64,000 nt of DNA. It comes from Thermodesulfobacteriota bacterium (GTDB taxonomy: Bacteria > Desulfobacterota > Binatia > HRBIN30 > CADEER01). The stretch covers positions 11,851-75,850 of the forward strand of contig JBGTMF010000623.1 of assembly GCA_041743795.1 (NCBI GenBank), read 5' to 3'. Position numbers and translations under genes: made by a program. Below, in pieces: positions 27,065 through 37,825 of the stretch. Position 1 is the first letter of the stretch, and each line of letters begins with the position of its first letter. The notes beneath the pieces are model-generated. The model saw nothing but the letters and a program-made list of their open reading frames with translations, made no database searches and was not told where the DNA came from.

Positions 27065-27116
27065 GTTCCAAACCAGGGATCCGCCGCGCCCGGCCGGGCG
27101 GCGGAGGATTGGGTGG

Positions 27117-28130
27117 ATGACACGGCGGCGCGCTCGGCGGACTCTCGCCGATGTCGGCGAGCAGCAAATCGTCAGTCAGCTCACCGCCGACGAGCAACTG
27201 TCTGCCGAGGTCATCACCGGTCCCGGGGATGATTGCGCGCACTTGCGCCTGGCTGGCCGCGATTGGATCTGGACCACCGACTCACAGATCGAGGGCACGC
27301 ATTTCGAGTCTTCATGGATGACACCGCAGCAGGTGGGTGCGAAGGCCTATCTCGTCAACGCCAGCGACATCGCCGCGATGGGGGGAAGACCACGTTTCGC
27401 TCTGGTCAGCCTCGCCGCACCGGAAACGTTCCCTGCGCGCGGCATGCTTGCCGTTCAGCGCGGTATCCGCGAAATGGCGGAGCGGGATGAAGTGTCGATC
27501 GTCGGCGGCAACGTGGCGCGCTCTCCGCTGCTGGCAGTAACGGTGTCGTTGCTCGGCGAGTCGCCCCGCCATCCCGTGCTGCGCTCGGGTGCGCGCGCAG
27601 GCGATTCGATCTACGTATCTGGAACGTTGGGCGACGCAGCCCTCGGGCTGCGTCGCCTGCGCGCCGATGCGAAAGCGACGGGATCCACGGTGCAGCGGTT
27701 CCGGCGACCGCAACCACGCTTGCGAGCCGGAGCCGTGCTCGCCGCTCGGCGCGTCGCCTCGGCGATGATCGACGTCAGTGACGGGCTCGCAGTCGATCTC
27801 GAACGCCTCTGCCTGGCGAGTGATGTGGGCGCGCGAATCGACGCCGGCCTCCTCCCCGTTTCCCGAGCCGTCGCTCGCGCCGACAGGTCGCTTGCTCTCC
27901 ACGGAGGTGAGGACTACGAGTTGTTGTGTGCCGTCCCGGCCCGAAAAGAGAAGTTCGTGGCTGAGGTTTCGGCGGATCTCGGCTGTTCGATGACGCGCAT
28001 CGGGGTGTTCTGCGATGCCGACGATGGAATCGTAGTCGCCGGCTTGCCGGACCATGCCAGGCGCGCCGCGCGCGGAGTAGCGAAGGGCGGGTTCTCGCAT
28101 TTCTCGCACAACGTGCGGATCCGCGGATGA
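27117..28130 (+). CDS. thiL: Thiamine-monophosphate kinase
   Basis: AIR-synthase-related fold: GPGDDCAHL...WTTDSQIEGTHF...AYLVNASDIAAMGGRPRFALVSLAAP...VSIVGGNVA. ATG at 27117. Confidence 0.8.
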   Translation: MTRRRARRTLADVGEQQIVSQLTADEQLSAEVITGPGDDCAHLRLAGRDWIWTTDSQIEGTHFESSWMTPQQVGAKAYLVNASDIAAMGGRPRFALVSLAAPETFPARGMLAVQRGIREMAERDEVSIVGGNVARSPLLAVTVSLLGESPRHPVLRSGARAGDSIYVSGTLGDAALGLRRLRADAKATGSTVQRFRRPQPRLRAGAVLAARRVASAMIDVSDGLAVDLERLCLASDVGARIDAGLLPVSRAVARADRSLALHGGEDYELLCAVPARKEKFVAEVSADLGCSMTRIGVFCDADDGIVVAGLPDHARRAARGVAKGGFSHFSHNVRIRG

Positions 28131-28876
28131 CGCCGGAGAAATTGCGCGAGGTCCTCGCGTCGGTGGCGTCCAGCCAACTGTCGGTCGACGATGCGCTCGA
28201 TCGCCTGCGGGTTCTCCCGTTCGAAGACCTCGGTTTTGCCAAGGTCGACCACCATCGGGCGTTGCGGACTGGGATTCCGGAAGTGATTCTCGCCGAAGGG
28301 AAGACGGCGGCGCAGGTGGCCCAGATCGCCGCCCGTGTGCGCGATGACGGCGATCGAGTTCTGATCACGCGCCTCGATCCGCAGGCGGCGGTCGAAGTGT
28401 TGGCGGCGGTGCCGGAGCTGACCTACCGGGAGGTACCGCGACTGGCGCTGCTCGAAAGCGGGCGCGCGGCTCGACCCGGCCGCGGTATGGTGCTGGTGCT
28501 CGCTGCCGGAACTTCCGACTTGCGCGTCGCTGAAGAGGCGGCGGTGACGGCCGAGTACATGGGCAGCGAGGTCGAGCGGGTGTATGATGTCGGGGTGGCT
28601 GGACTTCATCGATTACTGGCGCATGCCGCGACGCTGCGGCGGGCGCGCGTGGTGATTGCCGTTGCCGGCATGGAGGGCGCCCTGGCGAGTGTCGTCGGTG
28701 GGTTGGTCGAGCGGCCGGTGATCGCCGTGCCGACCAGCATCGGATACGGGGCGAGTTTTGGTGGACTGGCGGCCCTACTCGCGATGCTGAACTCTTGTGC
28801 CGCGGGTATCACGGTCGTCAACATCGACAATGGATTCGGCGCCGGTATTGCGGCCGCGCTGATCAACCGAGACTGA
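28127..28876 (+). CDS. larB: LarB-like PurE-family carboxylase (nickel-pincer cofactor biosynthesis)
   Basis: ~249 aa with an N-terminal LarB-specific region then a PurE-like Rossmann domain (MVLVLAAGTSDLRVAEEA...VIAVAGMEGALASVVGGL...VIAVPTS). Start ATGA-overlaps the thiL stop. Confidence 0.65.
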   Translation: MTPEKLREVLASVASSQLSVDDALDRLRVLPFEDLGFAKVDHHRALRTGIPEVILAEGKTAAQVAQIAARVRDDGDRVLITRLDPQAAVEVLAAVPELTYREVPRLALLESGRAARPGRGMVLVLAAGTSDLRVAEEAAVTAEYMGSEVERVYDVGVAGLHRLLAHAATLRRARVVIAVAGMEGALASVVGGLVERPVIAVPTSIGYGASFGGLAALLAMLNSCAAGITVVNIDNGFGAGIAAALINRD

Positions 28877-28896
28877 CGGCTCCGGGGTCGAGGACG

Positions 28897-30222
28897 ATGA
28901 CGGCGAAGAAGAGCCCAAAGCTGACGAAGGGGCGCACCAAGCGGGTCCTCAAAGTCGGCGGCGTCGCCACCAGCGTCGGATCGAGTTACCTGATGGAGGC
29001 CCTGCGCAAGCCTTTTCGTTCGGCCGGCGTTCATCAGAAGTCCCTGCTGGATACGCACGTGCGCAACGCGATGCGCATCGTCGAGAGTTCGAACGAGCTC
29101 AAGGGTGCGTTCATGAAGCTCGTGCAAATGCTATCGATGCGCGACGATATTCTCCCAGCCGAGGCTCTCGACGTCCTCTCGCTCGTCCAATCCCAGGTGC
29201 CGCCGATGCACTATTCCGAGATTCGGCAGCAGATGATTAGCGAGCTCGGCGGCGATCCGGAGGAACTCTTCGCGGCATTCGACCGCAAGGCCTTTGCCGC
29301 CGCCTCGCTCGGTCAGGTGCACCGAGCGACGACGCACTCGGGCGAGGCGGTCGTCGTCAAAGTTCAGTATCCGGGAGTCGACGAAACGGTCGACCAGGAT
29401 CTCCGCAACATCAAGGCGCTGCTCAACACGCTGACGCGTTTCGGCCGCGATGTGATGCAGCAAGAAATCGATCACGCCGAAGTCATTCAGGAGCTCGAGG
29501 AACGCCTGTCGGAGGAGTTGGATTACGAGAACGAAGCGAAGAACAATCTGAAGTTTCGCAAGATGTTCGCGGATGATCCCGAGGTGGAAGTGCCGGTGGT
29601 CGTTGCGGAGCTATCCTCTCGCCGGGTCCTGACCATGAGCCTTCTCGAGGGCTACCCGTTCGCCGATATCCTCAAGCCGGGGATCGATCAGGCGCTGAAG
29701 GACTGGGTTGCCGTGAAGTACTTCCAGATCCTCTGGCGACAAGTGTTCGAGTTCGGTGTGTTGCACACCGATCCGCACCCCGGCAACTACCTGGTGACCT
29801 ACCACCCGCACCTGGGCATGATGGACTTTGGCAGTATTCGCATCTTCCCGACGAAGATTCGCAAGGCGTATCTCGGTTTCGCGATCGGAATGCTGGAACG
29901 GGACCACGCGTCGGTTGGCAACTACTTGCTGCAGCTCGGGTTCATCGGTGAACGCGATGATCCGGCGCCGATGATCCGTATGATGGAGATCTTCTGCGAA
30001 CCGATCCTGCAGGACCGGGAGTTCGACCCGCGCGAATACGACTCCATGGAGAAGACCATGGAGATTGCGCAAATTGGATTCGAGAACAGGCTTTTTCGCG
30101 CCCCGGGCCATCGGTTGTTCCTCGGCCGTGCGCTGGTTGGATTGGATGCCTACCTCAAGCAGCTGGGTACGGTGCGAAACTGGCATCGCTTGTTCGCCGA
30201 GTGCGTCGATCACGCGCGCTGA
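28897..30222 (+). CDS. ABC1/UbiB-family atypical protein kinase
   Basis: AAASLGQVHRATTHSGEAVVVKVQYPGV..., LHTDPHPGNYLV, and the DFG-equivalent (MMDFGSI). Confidence 0.8.
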   Translation: MTAKKSPKLTKGRTKRVLKVGGVATSVGSSYLMEALRKPFRSAGVHQKSLLDTHVRNAMRIVESSNELKGAFMKLVQMLSMRDDILPAEALDVLSLVQSQVPPMHYSEIRQQMISELGGDPEELFAAFDRKAFAAASLGQVHRATTHSGEAVVVKVQYPGVDETVDQDLRNIKALLNTLTRFGRDVMQQEIDHAEVIQELEERLSEELDYENEAKNNLKFRKMFADDPEVEVPVVVAELSSRRVLTMSLLEGYPFADILKPGIDQALKDWVAVKYFQILWRQVFEFGVLHTDPHPGNYLVTYHPHLGMMDFGSIRIFPTKIRKAYLGFAIGMLERDHASVGNYLLQLGFIGERDDPAPMIRMMEIFCEPILQDREFDPREYDSMEKTMEIAQIGFENRLFRAPGHRLFLGRALVGLDAYLKQLGTVRNWHRLFAECVDHAR

Positions 30223-30369
30223 CAGCCCGTTGAGAACCCGGGCACGCGCTGGACGGGCGCGAGTTGAGCTCGGCCGCCTTTCGTCTGGCGGAGGATCTCG
30301 CGAGTGGTTGACCTGCCTCGCGGTTGGGTCGTAAGCAGGGCGGACGGTTCCCTCTCTACCCCTTGAACT

Positions 30370-31185
30370 ATGCGCACTCGGTCTATCGACGTCGGCGACG
30401 TCGTCGTCAGTTACGTTCATTCGGATATGTCGCCTACCGACGGAGGCCGACCACCGTTCGACGCCGGGGAGATGTTCGTCTTCGTTCACGACGTCGGCGA
30501 GAATGCGCGCATGTGGCACCGACAGATCGATATCCTCGGAGTTGCTCACTCGGCCCTGGCGGTGGACCTACCCGGGCACGGCGCCTCCGGTGGAGCCGGT
30601 GGGCTGGCATCGGTTGCGGAGTACGCGACGTTCCTCTCCGCCTTCGTCGAGAAATTGGCGCTGCGCCCATTCGTTCTGATCGGCAAGGGCTTGGGTGCCT
30701 CGGTGGCACTGCACTTCGGTGCTGCGAACATCCGACGCACGCGCGGCCTCGTCCTACTCAGCGGCGCAGCGAAGCCGGAGATTGCGGCGGAGACGCTGGC
30801 GGCTTGGCAGGATCCGATCCAAGCGGCAGTGGCACAGCCGACGGTGGACGAGTTGTTCTCACCGACCACGTCGCTCGAGGTTCGAAGCGCGGTGTGGAGC
30901 GAGCTCGAGGGAAGCGACCCCCGCATCCGCGGACTCGACCTGGTGGCTTGGACGAGCGACGATTTCCGATCGAGATTGAGTGAGATCCGCCAACCAGTTC
31001 TCGTCGTTGCCGGGGCCGATGATCGGATCGTGGCGCCGGAGACATCGCAGGATCTCTGTCCGCAACTGGCCAATGCGCGCCTGGAGATCATCGAGAATGC
31101 CGGACACGTCGCGGAGTTGGAGCAGGCCGATGTGCTCGCAGCGAGGATCGACGAGTTCGTCAGATCTCTCGACCGAGAGCATTGA
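30370..31185 (+). CDS. Alpha/beta-fold hydrolase
   Basis: HG oxyanion motif (FVHDVGENARMWH), nucleophile elbow GKGLGAS, and C-terminal Asp/His region (VVAGADDRIV...NAGHVAELEQ). Confidence 0.7.
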   Translation: MRTRSIDVGDVVVSYVHSDMSPTDGGRPPFDAGEMFVFVHDVGENARMWHRQIDILGVAHSALAVDLPGHGASGGAGGLASVAEYATFLSAFVEKLALRPFVLIGKGLGASVALHFGAANIRRTRGLVLLSGAAKPEIAAETLAAWQDPIQAAVAQPTVDELFSPTTSLEVRSAVWSELEGSDPRIRGLDLVAWTSDDFRSRLSEIRQPVLVVAGADDRIVAPETSQDLCPQLANARLEIIENAGHVAELEQADVLAARIDEFVRSLDREH

Positions 31186-32402
31186 GGATGGTCATTTGGC
31201 TTGTAGGGGGCGCGGCGGCGATTCTTTTCGCCGCCTGTACGCCGGCGACGAGGCCAGCGTCGTTTCCGGAAAAGATGGCATTTGAATCTCCCGACCTACC
31301 GAGCCGTGCGGTGAGCGGCCCGGACGGAGCATTCTCGACGGTGATCCTCGGAGCCTTGCAACGGCCGATGCGCGACATGGAGGATGGCGCCGGGGTGTCG
31401 GCGTTCGTCGATATCGGTTCGGAGGCACCGGTCGAGTGTACGTTCTTTCAAGGCGATCTCGACCTCGCCTCGGCGATGGTCGAGTTTTCCGAACGCGGTT
31501 TCGAGAAACTGACCCGGCACTTCGGACCCATCCTCTCCAAACAGCCGCACACGATTTCCGCTGGCGCGATTGGAGATTCGCCGACCCTGTCTCTGTCCTG
31601 GCGATATCGGGTCGGTGCCGAGACGGGATTGATCAAGCATCGCATCGGCTCGGTCAACGGTCACGGCTTGTACTGTCGGCATGCCGAGACCGGTTACGTG
31701 AAGACGTTTGCCCGGTTGTTCGAGACTATCGTCCAGCATCTCGAACGCCGCGACGTAGATTCGCCCGAGGCCTTCTACACCGTCGTCGCGCGCACCAAAC
31801 TTCGCGGTCGGCCGCGCGGCGTCGAAAAGCTGGTCGCCACCGAGGTCGGCGATGAGACGGTGCGCATCGAGAGCCGTTCGTCGATGCTGGTGGCCTCTCT
31901 ATACGGTCGCCTCTCCGCGGTCGATTCGGTTTTCGTTCGCTTTGTGAGGCGTGACGGCTCCTTGATCAACGCCGTCTATGCACGCTCCGAAGACGGTGCG
32001 CTGGTGACCAATCTCTCGCTCGATCCGCAATCCGCGGGATGGGCGATCGCGGGTATCCGCAATGGCTTGCCGTATGAGCGGCAGATTCCGGGTGTCACGG
32101 CACTGACCTCGACGCTGGGCGAGGTGCAATCGTTGCGCGCGACGATGCGCGAACAGGGAACCGGCGGTTCGGCGGAAACTCGTGGATGGTACCCGCGGAT
32201 CGATCCATCGGATCTGGCGACGCAAGTCGTGATCCTCGGCCCGAGGCGCGACCCCGATCATTTTCATGTGATGTCGCAGATCGGTTCGGTCGTCGTCGAG
32301 TCGGTGGTCGACGTGACGGGAGAGGCGCAGTGGAGTCGTTGGCTCGACGCCAAAATCGGAGTCTTGGAGACCGAGCGCCTCTTTCGTGCGGGACGGTTTT
32401 GA
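31182..32402 (+). CDS. Hypothetical lipoprotein
   Basis: MRMVIWLVGGAAAILFAAC|TPA signal/lipobox. No recognisable catalytic motifs. Start ATGA-overlaps the upstream hydrolase. Confidence 0.5.
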   Translation: MRMVIWLVGGAAAILFAACTPATRPASFPEKMAFESPDLPSRAVSGPDGAFSTVILGALQRPMRDMEDGAGVSAFVDIGSEAPVECTFFQGDLDLASAMVEFSERGFEKLTRHFGPILSKQPHTISAGAIGDSPTLSLSWRYRVGAETGLIKHRIGSVNGHGLYCRHAETGYVKTFARLFETIVQHLERRDVDSPEAFYTVVARTKLRGRPRGVEKLVATEVGDETVRIESRSSMLVASLYGRLSAVDSVFVRFVRRDGSLINAVYARSEDGALVTNLSLDPQSAGWAIAGIRNGLPYERQIPGVTALTSTLGEVQSLRATMREQGTGGSAETRGWYPRIDPSDLATQVVILGPRRDPDHFHVMSQIGSVVVESVVDVTGEAQWSRWLDAKIGVLETERLFRAGRF

Positions 32403-32500
32403 CCGCCGCTCGCGGCGGGGGATACTTGACTTCGTCGAGGGCGCCAGAAAACCTGTTGCAGAATGCGACGCGCAAGCTGGAAGCTGCATGACCTGAGCGT

Positions 32501-33181
32501 ATGTCGCCCTCGGCGCCCCGGAAAATGATCCTCGATCTTCACGCGCACACCGACGCTTCCGACGACAGCCGCGCGCCAATCGAGGGTTACCTGAAGTGGC
32601 TGGACAAGAAGCGCAGTATCATCCCGATCGACGGTATCGTCCTGACGGAGCATCGTCAGTGGAAATCCGGAGTCGAGTATCGTGACCTCGAAGACCGCTA
32701 CGGGATTTTGATCCTGCGCGGCGCCGAGGTTGAAACCGACTACGGCCATATTCTTCTGTACGGGGTTACCGACGAAATGGTTCGGCGCTTCGATTTCGCC
32801 GATGTCCATCTCGATGCCCAGCAACTCATCGTCGAGGTGGAGCGAATGGGCGGCATCGCCGCACCCTGTCACCCCGGGCGTCCGACGATCGGTCTTTGCG
32901 AGCACTACCAGGTGAAGGCGCCACTGCAGGGTGTCCGGGCCGTGGAGGCGCTCAATGGAGGCAGCCGGCGGGGGGAGAACGAGCGGGTCGAACAGGTCAT
33001 GGATGAGTTCGGCTACAAGGGCTTCGGCGGCAGCGACGCCCACCTGGTATCGCTGATCGGCGTATGCGCCACTGAGTTCGCTTGCGAGATCCGCGACGTC
33101 GAGGAATTGGTCCGCGAGTTGCGCGGAGGCACCTATCAGGCCGTCGACTTTCGCGACCGGTTGCCGGCCGCGCGAGGCTGA
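32501..33181 (+). CDS. PHP-domain metal-dependent phosphoesterase
   Basis: ILDLHAHTDASDDS...VLTEHRQ...CHPGRP...GGSDAH His/Asp ligand pattern of PHP domains. Confidence 0.7.
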   Translation: MSPSAPRKMILDLHAHTDASDDSRAPIEGYLKWLDKKRSIIPIDGIVLTEHRQWKSGVEYRDLEDRYGILILRGAEVETDYGHILLYGVTDEMVRRFDFADVHLDAQQLIVEVERMGGIAAPCHPGRPTIGLCEHYQVKAPLQGVRAVEALNGGSRRGENERVEQVMDEFGYKGFGGSDAHLVSLIGVCATEFACEIRDVEELVRELRGGTYQAVDFRDRLPAARG

Positions 33182-33235
33182 GCCGGCTGGTCGGCAACCG
33201 CGTCGGGCGAATCGGTTCCCTCGCCACGGCCGCCG

Positions 33236-34300
33236 TCACGCCGCGAGCGTAGCCCGCTTTTCGGCAATCAGCTCAAGCAGTGCCTTGTGCGGGTCGGCGA
33301 ACTTGGCGACACCTTCGCGCATCAAAACTTCTTCCAAGTCTGTCGTGTCGACCAAGGCGTCGACCTCATCGAGCACCGCCTGATCCGGCATCTGGTCGAT
33401 GGTCCGGCCATAGCGCTTGCCAAGTGCCTCGATGGCCTCGTTGATCTGCGGCGGATTGGTCTGGATGTCGCTGCCGACCAGCGCGCCGACGTATTTGTCG
33501 ACCGCGTCGCTGGCCTTCTTGACCCCGGTGCTGGCGAAGATGATCTCCTGCTGCAGTGGCAGGTTCTTTTCGGCCCAAAAGCGCTGATTGGAAGCCCAAA
33601 TCCGTTTGACGCCTATCAGGCCGACCTCGCCCCGCGCCGCCTCGCTGAGTGCCGGCACATGGGCTTCGGTATAGACGTCGACGCGTGAGACGAAAATGCT
33701 GTAGACGCTCTTGAACGAATCCAGAGTGGTGCGGCGCCGGGCACCGCGCCACACGGCTTCGCGGGCGAGCTGGTATTGCCGGTCGGTGAAGATCAGCGTC
33801 ACGTTGAGGGTGACTCCGGCGGCACACAGGTCTTCGAGCGCGTCAATGCCTGCCGGCGTTGCCGGAACCTTGATCATCCGATTTTTGTGGCCGGCGCTCC
33901 ACTTCGCGCCGAGTTCGATGTAGCGCGCAACCCGTTCGTCGTGCGGGGGCCCGAGGACGCTGTCTTCCAGCAATGGGTCGAGTTCGAAGCTGACGTAGCC
34001 GTCGTTTCCCGCGGTGCTTTGCCAAACCGGAAGGAAGACCTCCTGGGCGGAACGCACCAATTGATCGGTCATCGCCCAGGCGATGGCCTCATCGTCGAGA
34101 CCCTCGCGCATGCGTCCCGTGAGATCGTTGTCGAAGCGGCCGCTCTTGATGAGATCGGCGACGATGATCGGATTCGACGTCGCACCGGTGGCGCCGAGGG
34201 CGCGGTTCTTCTCGACGAGCGCGGGATCGATCGAATCGAGCCAGAGTTTCGTGCCTGCTTGTATGATCGACTGCAGGGGTGAATCCATTCGAACCTCCAA
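33236..34300 (-). CDS. tal: Transaldolase
   Basis: [10 protein letters not shown]...GATSNPII...VSFELDP... and the Schiff-base Lys region. Alternative ATG 12 nt inside. Confidence 0.85.
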   Translation of the reverse strand: MEVRMDSPLQSIIQAGTKLWLDSIDPALVEKNRALGATGATSNPIIVADLIKSGRFDNDLTGRMREGLDDEAIAWAMTDQLVRSAQEVFLPVWQSTAGNDGYVSFELDPLLEDSVLGPPHDERVARYIELGAKWSAGHKNRMIKVPATPAGIDALEDLCAAGVTLNVTLIFTDRQYQLAREAVWRGARRRTTLDSFKSVYSIFVSRVDVYTEAHVPALSEAARGEVGLIGVKRIWASNQRFWAEKNLPLQQEIIFASTGVKKASDAVDKYVGALVGSDIQTNPPQINEAIEALGKRYGRTIDQMPDQAVLDEVDALVDTTDLEEVLMREGVAKFADPHKALLELIAEKRATLAA

Positions 34301-34333
34301 CTGGGTCTTGCGCGCAATGTTGCGACGGCTGAA

Positions 34334-35485
<1,152 letters not shown>

Positions 35486-35564
35486 TCAAATCCTATCTCG
35501 ATCTTTCCTGCATTCGTGTGAACATCGACGCAACTGGCCCCGCGCCGCAAGCCCGTCACCCCTG

Positions 35565-36770
35565 TCACTTACTCTTCGCCATCCCAAGTACCCGCTCGCC
35601 GAGAATGTTGCGCTGGATCTCGCTGGTACCGGCGGCGATCGTCATGCCGAAGGAGTTGAGATAGGCTAACGGCCAGTCGCCGCCGTGCGGAGCGCGCTCG
35701 TCCTGCACGTAAAGTGAGCCGTGCGCGCCGGTGATCTCGAGTCCGACCGCCGCGGCATCCTGCATCAGCTCGGTCATCAAAACCTTGCCTTGTAACGGCA
35801 AGCGCATGGGATGATCGACCAGGCCCTCGACGCGACCGCGACGCGCCATCTGGCGTAGGCCGGCGGCGCGAATGGCGATCTGCACGATGCGGTCGCGCAG
35901 CACCGCGTCATCCCAAGCGGTTGCCCTGCCGCGCGGCGTCTTCTTGGCGAGTTCGATGAGTCCGTCGATGCGACCTTCGATGCCGGCGCCGCCGCCGCTG
36001 CCGGCGCCTTCGGCCGCGCCGCGCTCGTGCAGAAGCGTCGTCATTGCCACCGTCCAGCCCTTGCCGACATCGTCGAGGCGCATGGCGTCGGGAATGACGA
36101 CATCCTCGAACAACACCTCGTTGAAGCCGGTGCCGCCGGTGATCTTGATCAGCGGGCGCACGGTGACGCCGGGAGTATCGGCGACCGGGGTGATGAAATA
36201 CGTCAGTCCTTTGTACTTGTCCTCGTTGCTGTGGCGAGCGAGGATGATCATCCACTTGGCAAAGGTTGCGAGGCTGGTCCAGACCTTGTGGCCGTTGAGG
36301 ATCCAGTTGTCGCCATCGCGCACCGCCGATGTCTTGGCGCTGGCCAGATCGCTGCCGGCGCCCGGCTCGGAAAAGCCCTGGCACCAGATTTCGTCGGCGG
36401 CGAAGAGTGGCGGCAGGTAGTTCCGCTTCTGCTCCTCGGTGCCGTGGTGCAGGATCGTCGGCGCCGCCATGCCGAGTCCGATTACGTTGATCAGGAACGG
36501 TACCTGGGCGCGGCCCATCTCCTGGTTGGCGATGCGCTGGAAGCCGTCATGGCCACCGCCGCCGTACTCGCTCGGGTAATCGCAGGCGACGAGACCGGCC
36601 TCATAACACTTTCTCTGCCAAGCACAGAGGTACTCGCGGTGCTCCTCGCTGGAGACTTCGATCGCCAACTCGGGGAGGCGTGTGCGCGGCGGCGCCGGTC
36701 GGTTCTCGTCCAGCCAGCGCCGGCAGTGTTCACGAAAATCGGCCTGTTCCGGCGTGTCCTTCTTCGCCAT
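35565..36770 (-). CDS. Acyl-CoA dehydrogenase
   Basis: MAKKDTPEQADFREHCRRWL...CQGFSEPGAGSDLAS...: ACAD middle beta-barrel and C-terminal helical domain. ATG inside the listed ORF. Confidence 0.85.
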   Translation of the reverse strand: MAKKDTPEQADFREHCRRWLDENRPAPPRTRLPELAIEVSSEEHREYLCAWQRKCYEAGLVACDYPSEYGGGGHDGFQRIANQEMGRAQVPFLINVIGLGMAAPTILHHGTEEQKRNYLPPLFAADEIWCQGFSEPGAGSDLASAKTSAVRDGDNWILNGHKVWTSLATFAKWMIILARHSNEDKYKGLTYFITPVADTPGVTVRPLIKITGGTGFNEVLFEDVVIPDAMRLDDVGKGWTVAMTTLLHERGAAEGAGSGGGAGIEGRIDGLIELAKKTPRGRATAWDDAVLRDRIVQIAIRAAGLRQMARRGRVEGLVDHPMRLPLQGKVLMTELMQDAAAVGLEITGAHGSLYVQDERAPHGGDWPLAYLNSFGMTIAAGTSEIQRNILGERVLGMAKSK

Positions 36771-36850
36771 CGTTCGAGACTCCTGAAGTTCTGTTGGAAG
36801 TGAAATGGGTACCGCGGATGAACGCCGCACAAGGCTGTTGCCGATTGCGA

Positions 36851-37543
36851 ATGTCAATTGTAAGCGTTAGCCCGGTGCGCCCGAGCATCGACTACATGTG
36901 GCGGCATCTCTGGGGAAAACCCGACCGACACCCAAACCCGTACGCGACCCATCTACCGCTGCTCGTCGGGCTCGGTCAAGGCGTGCGTATCCGACGTGTT
37001 CTCGAACTCGGTGCCGGCGCCTACAGCACGGGCCAGCTCTTGAGTCGGGAGATATTCCCGCATCTGCAGGCGCTCGACTCCCATGACGACGATGCATCGT
37101 GGGTAAGTACCGTTGCGGCCATGGCAGAGGGAGACCGGCGCCTGCGGCTCCATACCTGCGCTACCTCAGTTGCGGAGGCCGTTGAGGAGATGGACATCGA
37201 CGGCTACGACCTGATCTTCATCGACGATTCACGTAGCGAGGACGCACGCGTGCGGACCATCAGGGCGATCGCGGCGAAACGGCCCCCCGGCATCGTGGTG
37301 ATTCACGACTTCGAGATCGAGAGCTACCGCCGCGCGGCTGCGGCATTCGAGAACCGATACTGGTTCAAAGCGCTCAATCCCAACTGCGGCATCCTGTGGA
37401 ACGCTTTTTCCCTCGATGTCGGAGGACTGGAACGGATCTCCAGGATCGTCCGTCTCCGCCCGTGGATCTTGCCCACGGACGATCAGCGCTGGCGCCGGCT
37501 GTTCTCCGGAATCTCCCTTCGCGCGGAACCGCCAAGGCGCTGA
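36851..37543 (+). CDS. Class I SAM-dependent (O-)methyltransferase-like protein (TylF/OMT family-3-like)
   Basis: Motif I VLELGAGAYSTG and the downstream DLIFIDDSRSEDARVRTIRAIAAKRPPGIVVIHDF, resembling DxxFIDAD...LRPGGxIVxDD of family-3 O-MTases. Start is ambiguous (36818 or 36851). Confidence 0.5.
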   Translation: MSIVSVSPVRPSIDYMWRHLWGKPDRHPNPYATHLPLLVGLGQGVRIRRVLELGAGAYSTGQLLSREIFPHLQALDSHDDDASWVSTVAAMAEGDRRLRLHTCATSVAEAVEEMDIDGYDLIFIDDSRSEDARVRTIRAIAAKRPPGIVVIHDFEIESYRRAAAAFENRYWFKALNPNCGILWNAFSLDVGGLERISRIVRLRPWILPTDDQRWRRLFSGISLRAEPPRR

Positions 37544-37825
37544 GACACGGGCCGCGGCCTGTGCCTACACGTCCTACGAAGCCCGAAGGGCGAAGGAAGA
37601 TGCCCCTGCCGACCTGTCCTCCGAAGCTCGAAGATGCGAAGGGGGATGCCTACGAGCAAAACGAGTTTCAAGCTAGGTACATCTCCGGAGTTGCGTCCAC
37701 TTCTCCTTTCGCTAGACAACCTTTGCCCCGCTGCTGTCCGGCATGTGCGCACCTGTTAGCAGGCCGGCCGAGGTCGAGAATGGGCGGGGGGAGTCAGTTG
37801 CTTCAAACTCTATTGTGAGGACGCC

